In this document: positions 17,925 to 21,792 of the stretch, one piece after another
Layout: every line of letters starts with the position of its first letter
How positions within the stretch are numbered: the stretch's first letter is position 1
From: a virus
Lineage: Duplodnaviria; Heunggongvirae; Uroviricota; Caudoviricetes
Reading direction: 5' to 3' (one strand)
DNA: 21,792 bases
Virus record (IMG/VR): IMGVR_UViG_2718217715_000004
Translations under genes and position numbers: made by a program
The notes under the pieces: generated by a model
The model's database searches: none
What the model saw: the letters and a program-made list of their open reading frames with translations, nothing else
What the model was told of the DNA's origin: nothing

Positions 17925-18163
17925 GCGATATTCCCCAGCTTATATGGTTCAATGTGTTCCCCGCATTCTGCGGCACAGATCAGCTCGGAAAGTTCGTTAA
18001 GTGCATCCAGATCATCAGCGTAAAAAGCAACGTCATACAAACTCCGGATTGCCCTGGTCAATGAGTCACGGGCTGCACGTTCAGCATGAGCGCCTGATGC
18101 ACTTAAGCGAAAATAAAATCGTTCAGGTGCTTTGTTAATGAGAGTTTTATATTCTTTGCCCAT
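17921..18163 (-). CDS. Hypothetical protein (80 aa)
   Basis: ORF in the early operon; stop overlaps the start of the 37-aa peptide ORF. Confidence 0.5.
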   Translation of the reverse strand: MGKEYKTLINKAPERFYFRLSASGAHAERAARDSLTRAIRSLYDVAFYADDLDALNELSELICAAECGEHIEPYKLGNIA

Positions 18164-18174
18164 CGCAACGCCCT

Positions 18175-18453
18175 TTAATCTGCTTTCTGAATTTCAGCTT
18201 CTGAATCCATACAAATAATTTCGATATAGGGTTCATCGCCATTAACCTGACGAGCCTTTTCAGCTTCGCTAATGATTTCTCGTACGGTCTGGTACGGAAG
18301 CTCCACAGTCAGGCGCGTACCGTTCAGATAAACGTAAGTAGCTGCGTTTTTTTCGGATGGAACAATTCCGTCAATGGCTGATGCGCGTAATAACAGTTCA
18401 CCGCGAAAATCAATAAAACGGATAAATACACCTTGTGCATGCTCTTTGGTCAT
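18175..18453 (-). CDS. Hypothetical protein (about 92 aa; start taken at the internal ATG with SD AGGTG)
   Basis: The ORF track start at 18513 would overlap the upstream gene by 50 nt; ATG 18451-18453 has a proper SD and leaves a 10-nt gap. Confidence 0.45.
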   Translation of the reverse strand: MTKEHAQGVFIRFIDFRGELLLRASAIDGIVPSEKNAATYVYLNGTRLTVELPYQTVREIISEAEKARQVNGDEPYIEIICMDSEAEIQKAD

Positions 18454-18463
18454 AAAGCACCTG

Positions 18464-18814
18464 TTATAAATCAGCCTGTTTAATAAAACTTTGCCCGCGA
18501 AGCAGACGATCAACCGTGCGAAGTGCTTCGTATAATGTGAAATCCTGCCCGAAGTGATTGTCGCCGCAGTTCAATGCAAAAATGCGGTTCCCGGTAAACG
18601 GATTGCGTGGGCATTTGTGGACCACGATTCCAGCTTTCTCAATCAGCCAGGCATGTTCGCCGATTTGTTTTACAGCGTGGCCATCCGGTGTTGCATGCGT
18701 CTCGTTCAGGTTATAGCGACTGTTACTACGTGATGCACTGGTAGCGACGTGGTGTACATGGCGTTCTACGCCATTACGAAATTTGGAGTATGGATTATTA
18801 GCGTTTTTTTTCAT
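18464..18814 (-). CDS. Hypothetical His/Cys-containing protein (116 aa)
   Basis: ORF; HVHHV...H...CPRNPFTGN...CGDNHF could be a metal-binding motif; unassigned. Confidence 0.5.
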   Translation of the reverse strand: MKKNANNPYSKFRNGVERHVHHVATSASRSNSRYNLNETHATPDGHAVKQIGEHAWLIEKAGIVVHKCPRNPFTGNRIFALNCGDNHFGQDFTLYEALRTVDRLLRGQSFIKQADL

Positions 18815-18835
18815 GATGGTGCTCTGTTCATTGTT

Positions 18836-19039
18836 TTAGCTGTTAGCCAAAGCGTCTTTTAACATCGCCACAAGGTTTACTTCAGGCTTTTCCATTTTGG
18901 CGCGTTTGGGGCGGATAATAATTCGACCGTCAGCCAACATCTTTTTGCATGTATTAAGAGGGATACCTGTTATCTCTGCATATTTCTGCAGGGATACATA
19001 GGGGGCATTCACATTGATATTGATGGTTATACCTGACAT
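18836..19039 (-). CDS. Cox/Apl-like small HTH protein (putative excisionase / early-promoter regulator)
   Basis: 67 aa; NAPYVSLQKYAEITGIPLNTCKKMLADGRIIIR resembles the P2 Cox region AIPYQEFAKLIGKSTGAVRRMIDKGKLPVI as remembered. Confidence 0.5.
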   Translation of the reverse strand: MSGITININVNAPYVSLQKYAEITGIPLNTCKKMLADGRIIIRPKRAKMEKPEVNLVAMLKDALANS

Positions 19040-19055
19040 CCCACTAGCCTCCTGA

Positions 19056-19262
19056 TCAGGAAGATTTGTTTTGTTCTTTCTGGGTTAGCTCTAGGCCGCG
19101 AAGGGAGATCATGCGCGCCATGTTAGAGGATGAGCGTTGTTCTTTAGCTGCCATTTCATCAATGACGGCTCGCTCCTCGAGGGACAGCCGAAGTGCCAGT
19201 CTTGGACCTGTGGCGGTGTTACGCGGAATGCGTGATCTGGTATCGTGAAGAACTTGTTTCAT
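19056..19262 (-). CDS. Ribbon-helix-helix (CopG/Arc-like) DNA-binding protein
   Basis: 68 aa; RLALRLSLEERAVIDEMAAKEQRSSSNMARMISLRG fits the RHH beta-strand/helix-turn-helix pattern; weak SD, so start or reality is uncertain. Confidence 0.4.
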   Translation of the reverse strand: MKQVLHDTRSRIPRNTATGPRLALRLSLEERAVIDEMAAKEQRSSSNMARMISLRGLELTQKEQNKSS

Positions 19263-19304
19263 AGTGGTATATTGTGATCATCTAATAGCTCGTGAAATCA
19301 TTTT

Positions 19305-19322
19305 GGTATCAAAAAAGATACC
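19305..19322. promoter_or_regulatory. Candidate operator: perfect inverted repeat GGTATC-N6-GATACC in the divergent-promoter region
   Basis: Read directly; an extra GGTAT half-site at 19266-19270; lies between the RHH/Cox early genes and the XRE repressor gene. Confidence 0.3.
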
Positions 19323-19337
19323 TGTCAAGGTTTTTGT

Positions 19338-19742
19338 ATGAAAAATGATATTGGTCGGCGGTTGCGTGAGGAAAGGGAAAGATTGGGACTTAGTCAAGTT
19401 GCCATGAGCGACATTGGTGGAGTCAAAAAGCTAACTCAGCTTAGATATGAGAAAGGAGATAGCTTTCCTGATGCTGCGTATTTGGCAGCGCTGTCTCGTT
19501 TTGGCCTTGATGTTCAGTATGTTGTGTTGGGAATTCACTCACCTGAAACTTATAACGATGATGAGCAGGAATTGATTACTCGCTTTCGAGCAGCTTCGTT
19601 AGATGTGAAAAACGCGGTGATTGGGGCTTTAAAAGGTGCGATCAGTGAAAAGGAAACTCAGCCATCAGGACGTGAGTTAAATATTTCTGGTGGTAATAAC
19701 CGTATCGCTGGTCGTGACTATAACGAAACTAAGGGTAGGTGA
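19338..19742 (+). CDS. XRE-family HTH protein, probable immunity repressor (P2 C / 186 CI analogue)
   Basis: 134 aa; RLREERERLGLSQVAMSDIGGVKKLTQLRYEKGDSFPDAAYLAAL is a classic Cro/C1-type HTH; divergent from the early operon and on the same strand as int. Confidence 0.7.
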   Translation: MKNDIGRRLREERERLGLSQVAMSDIGGVKKLTQLRYEKGDSFPDAAYLAALSRFGLDVQYVVLGIHSPETYNDDEQELITRFRAASLDVKNAVIGALKGAISEKETQPSGRELNISGGNNRIAGRDYNETKGR

Positions 19743-19757
19743 TAGTAGGGAGGTGAC

Positions 19758-20408
19758 ATGGCCGTCAACTCAAACGGTTCAAACAATCGCGTTGCTGGGC
19801 GTGATTTTCACGAAAAGAATATTCAGATAGAGCGATATGATGGTTCTCATACCGTCAATATCGCAATCCCTTCGAATAATGATGATGACGATCGCCCTTT
19901 GCTTAAGGCTCAGCGTAAGGAGCTAAATAGCTTGGTTGCTGCTATTGCAGAAGCTAGCAATACTGAAGCGTTTATTATTTGGCAAAAAGTACATGCGGAG
20001 ATTGGTGTAGCTGGTATTGATGATATGACAGTAAATCAATATAAAACAGCGGAGAGTTTTCTGCATGCAATGCTTGAGCGATGTAAAGATCATGATGCCT
20101 GTAAGGCTCTTGTAAGTTTATTACTACGTAACAGTGAAGACTGTGGACTTCGACAAAAACTTCTGCGGTATTGCCATATCAATTTCGGTACAGGACGTTT
20201 AAACGATCTTACTCGTTCTCAGTTACAGTCTGCATTGTCGTGGTTAGAGCAACAATCGGCATCAAGCCACATAGAGAGTTCGACCTTACCAGAAGTCCGA
20301 CTTCGTGCTTCAGAATTAATCCGACTTTATCCAAAAGAAATAATATTCTTTATCTGCGTAGGGGTTTTGGTAGGCGGTGTCATTTCTAGGGCGTTTTTTA
20401 ATTTGTAA
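19758..20408 (+). CDS. Hypothetical 216-aa protein with a C-terminal transmembrane anchor, in the lysogeny operon
   Basis: Strong SD GGGAGG; C-terminal hydrophobic helix IIFFICVGVLVGGVISRAFF; N-terminus shares a motif with the repressor C-terminus; AT-rich. Confidence 0.6.
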   Translation: MAVNSNGSNNRVAGRDFHEKNIQIERYDGSHTVNIAIPSNNDDDDRPLLKAQRKELNSLVAAIAEASNTEAFIIWQKVHAEIGVAGIDDMTVNQYKTAESFLHAMLERCKDHDACKALVSLLLRNSEDCGLRQKLLRYCHINFGTGRLNDLTRSQLQSALSWLEQQSASSHIESSTLPEVRLRASELIRLYPKEIIFFICVGVLVGGVISRAFFNL

Positions 20409-20437
20409 TCTTACTTGAGCTAAATTGAGGTAATGAT

Positions 20438-20785
20438 ATGAAAGTAAAAAAGGTTCAACTATTAGTTACTTTTTTATCTATGTTTTCTTTTTCCGCCGTC
20501 GCAATGCCTTTTAAAACTATTGAACGTGAGAGTTTCAATGGGGTATGGCCATTTAATACTGATGAGGTTCAATTACAGTGTCTTGATGGTAATCCTTATG
20601 TGATGAATTTTGACGATAATAAGTTATATGCACTTACAGGTTTGGCTCGAATAAAAGGTAAAACATTTGGTGCGTTACCGTTAGATAACAATAATCCATT
20701 TTGGCTAGATAATGATGCCGCCCCAGGGTTAAAAAAGAGTCTGGGGGATGTCACTAAGGCTGCATTTGATTTATGTGATAAGTAA
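20438..20785 (+). CDS. Secreted/periplasmic 115-aa protein, possibly YebY/DUF2511-like
   Basis: Signal peptide MKVKKVQLLVTFLSMFSFSAVA; two Cys (near WPFNTDEVQLQC and C-terminal DLC); similarity to YebY (WAFN.EEV.L.C..GN) is from memory only; SD GAGGT. Confidence 0.55.
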   Translation: MKVKKVQLLVTFLSMFSFSAVAMPFKTIERESFNGVWPFNTDEVQLQCLDGNPYVMNFDDNKLYALTGLARIKGKTFGALPLDNNNPFWLDNDAAPGLKKSLGDVTKAAFDLCDK

Positions 20786-20790
20786 CTAAA

Positions 20791-21792
20791 ATGTCGGTTC
20801 GTAAGATTCCATCAGGTAAATGGCTTTGTGAATGTTATCCCTACGGGGCATCGGGAAAACGCATTCGTAAACAGTTTGCGACAAAAAGTGAGGCGCTCTC
20901 TTATGAGCGCCGTTTAATGAATAGTAGAGTTGGAGACGAGTTTCAAGATGGTTCTGGTCCTCGTCTTTCTGAGTTGATTGCTCGTTGGTTTGAGATGTAC
21001 GGTAAAACCTTGTCCTCTGGTGCAGAGCGCAAAGTCAAACTTGAGGCGATTTGTTCCAGGCTGGGAGATCCATTTGCTTCTCAGTTTGACAAAAATATGT
21101 TTGCTACTTATCGGGAAAGAAGGCTATCAGGAGAATGGAATCCCAAGGGGAAGAAAAAACTTAGTGAAGCAACCGTTAATCGCGAGCAGTCATATCTACA
21201 TGCTGTTTTTGCCGAACTGAAGCGCCTTGGGGAGTGGTCTGGTGAAAACCCCCTGACTGGTATTCGCAAGTTTCGTGAGGAAGAAAAGGAACTGGCGTTT
21301 CTGTATGTAGATGAGATTGAACGCCTTCTGATTGCGTGTGATGAGTCACGGAATAAAGATTTGGGGGTTGTTGTCCGTATTGGGCTTGCGACTGGTGCTC
21401 GGTGGAGTGAAGCAGAAGGATTAAAGCAATCTCAAGTACTGCCCGGTCGAATCACATTTGTTAAAACTAAAGGAAAGAAGAACCGCACTGTACCGATTTC
21501 ACCTCAATTGCAAGCTATGCTTCCTAAAAAACGAGGAGCGCTATTTTCACCATGTTATGAGGCTTTTGACGCTGCAATTAAGAGAGCGAAGATCGAGCTT
21601 CCTGATGGGCAATTAACTCATGTGCTACGTCACACGTTTGCCAGTCATTTTATGATGCGGGGTGGAAATATTCTTGTGTTGCAAAAAATACTGGGGCATA
21701 GCGATATAAAAATGACTATGCGTTATGCGCATTTTGCTCCAGGTCATTTAGAGGCTGCTGTTGAATTGAACCCTTTTGACAATAGAGGGTAA
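20791..21792 (+). CDS. int: P2-type tyrosine integrase
   Basis: 333 aa; GKRIRKQF, LSEL, TGARWSEAEGL, TFVKTKGKKNRTVPIS, LTHVLRHTFASHFMMRGGNILVLQKILGHSDIKMTMRYAHFAP match P2 Int blocks as remembered; stop at the last base of the window. Confidence 0.9.
   Translation: MSVRKIPSGKWLCECYPYGASGKRIRKQFATKSEALSYERRLMNSRVGDEFQDGSGPRLSELIARWFEMYGKTLSSGAERKVKLEAICSRLGDPFASQFDKNMFATYRERRLSGEWNPKGKKKLSEATVNREQSYLHAVFAELKRLGEWSGENPLTGIRKFREEEKELAFLYVDEIERLLIACDESRNKDLGVVVRIGLATGARWSEAEGLKQSQVLPGRITFVKTKGKKNRTVPISPQLQAMLPKKRGALFSPCYEAFDAAIKRAKIELPDGQLTHVLRHTFASHFMMRGGNILVLQKILGHSDIKMTMRYAHFAPGHLEAAVELNPFDNRG

Overview
Enterobacterial (E. coli-type) chromosome: intact pgsA and the glyW-cysT-leuZ tRNA cluster, followed directly by a degraded, IS-rearranged P2-like prophage remnant. 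Left to right: a small exported-protein gene cut by an IS629-like element (minus); P2-type tail genes FI, FII, E/E' (with the T6G slippery site), a frameshifted tape measure T, and U; an AT-rich promoter-gene-terminator moron encoding a hexapeptide-repeat acetyltransferase where gpD/ogr should be; a lambdoid-type tfa truncated by a second, inverted IS629-like copy; a plasmid-type parMR partition locus; the P2-type replication gene A; about ten small early ORFs (plus an unlisted 37-aa membrane peptide); Cox-like and RHH genes; a divergent XRE repressor; two cargo genes between repressor and integrase (a tail-anchored membrane protein and a periplasmic protein); and a P2-type tyrosine integrase ending at the window edge. 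Head, lysis, baseplate and fibre genes are absent. The tail block runs opposite to gene A, which fits an inversion between the two inverted IS copies. The best candidates for an undescribed system are the repressor-linked two-gene module, the parMR locus next to gene A, and the small early ORF cluster. All identifications rest on reading the translations and sequence by eye against remembered family sequences; no searches or computations were run.
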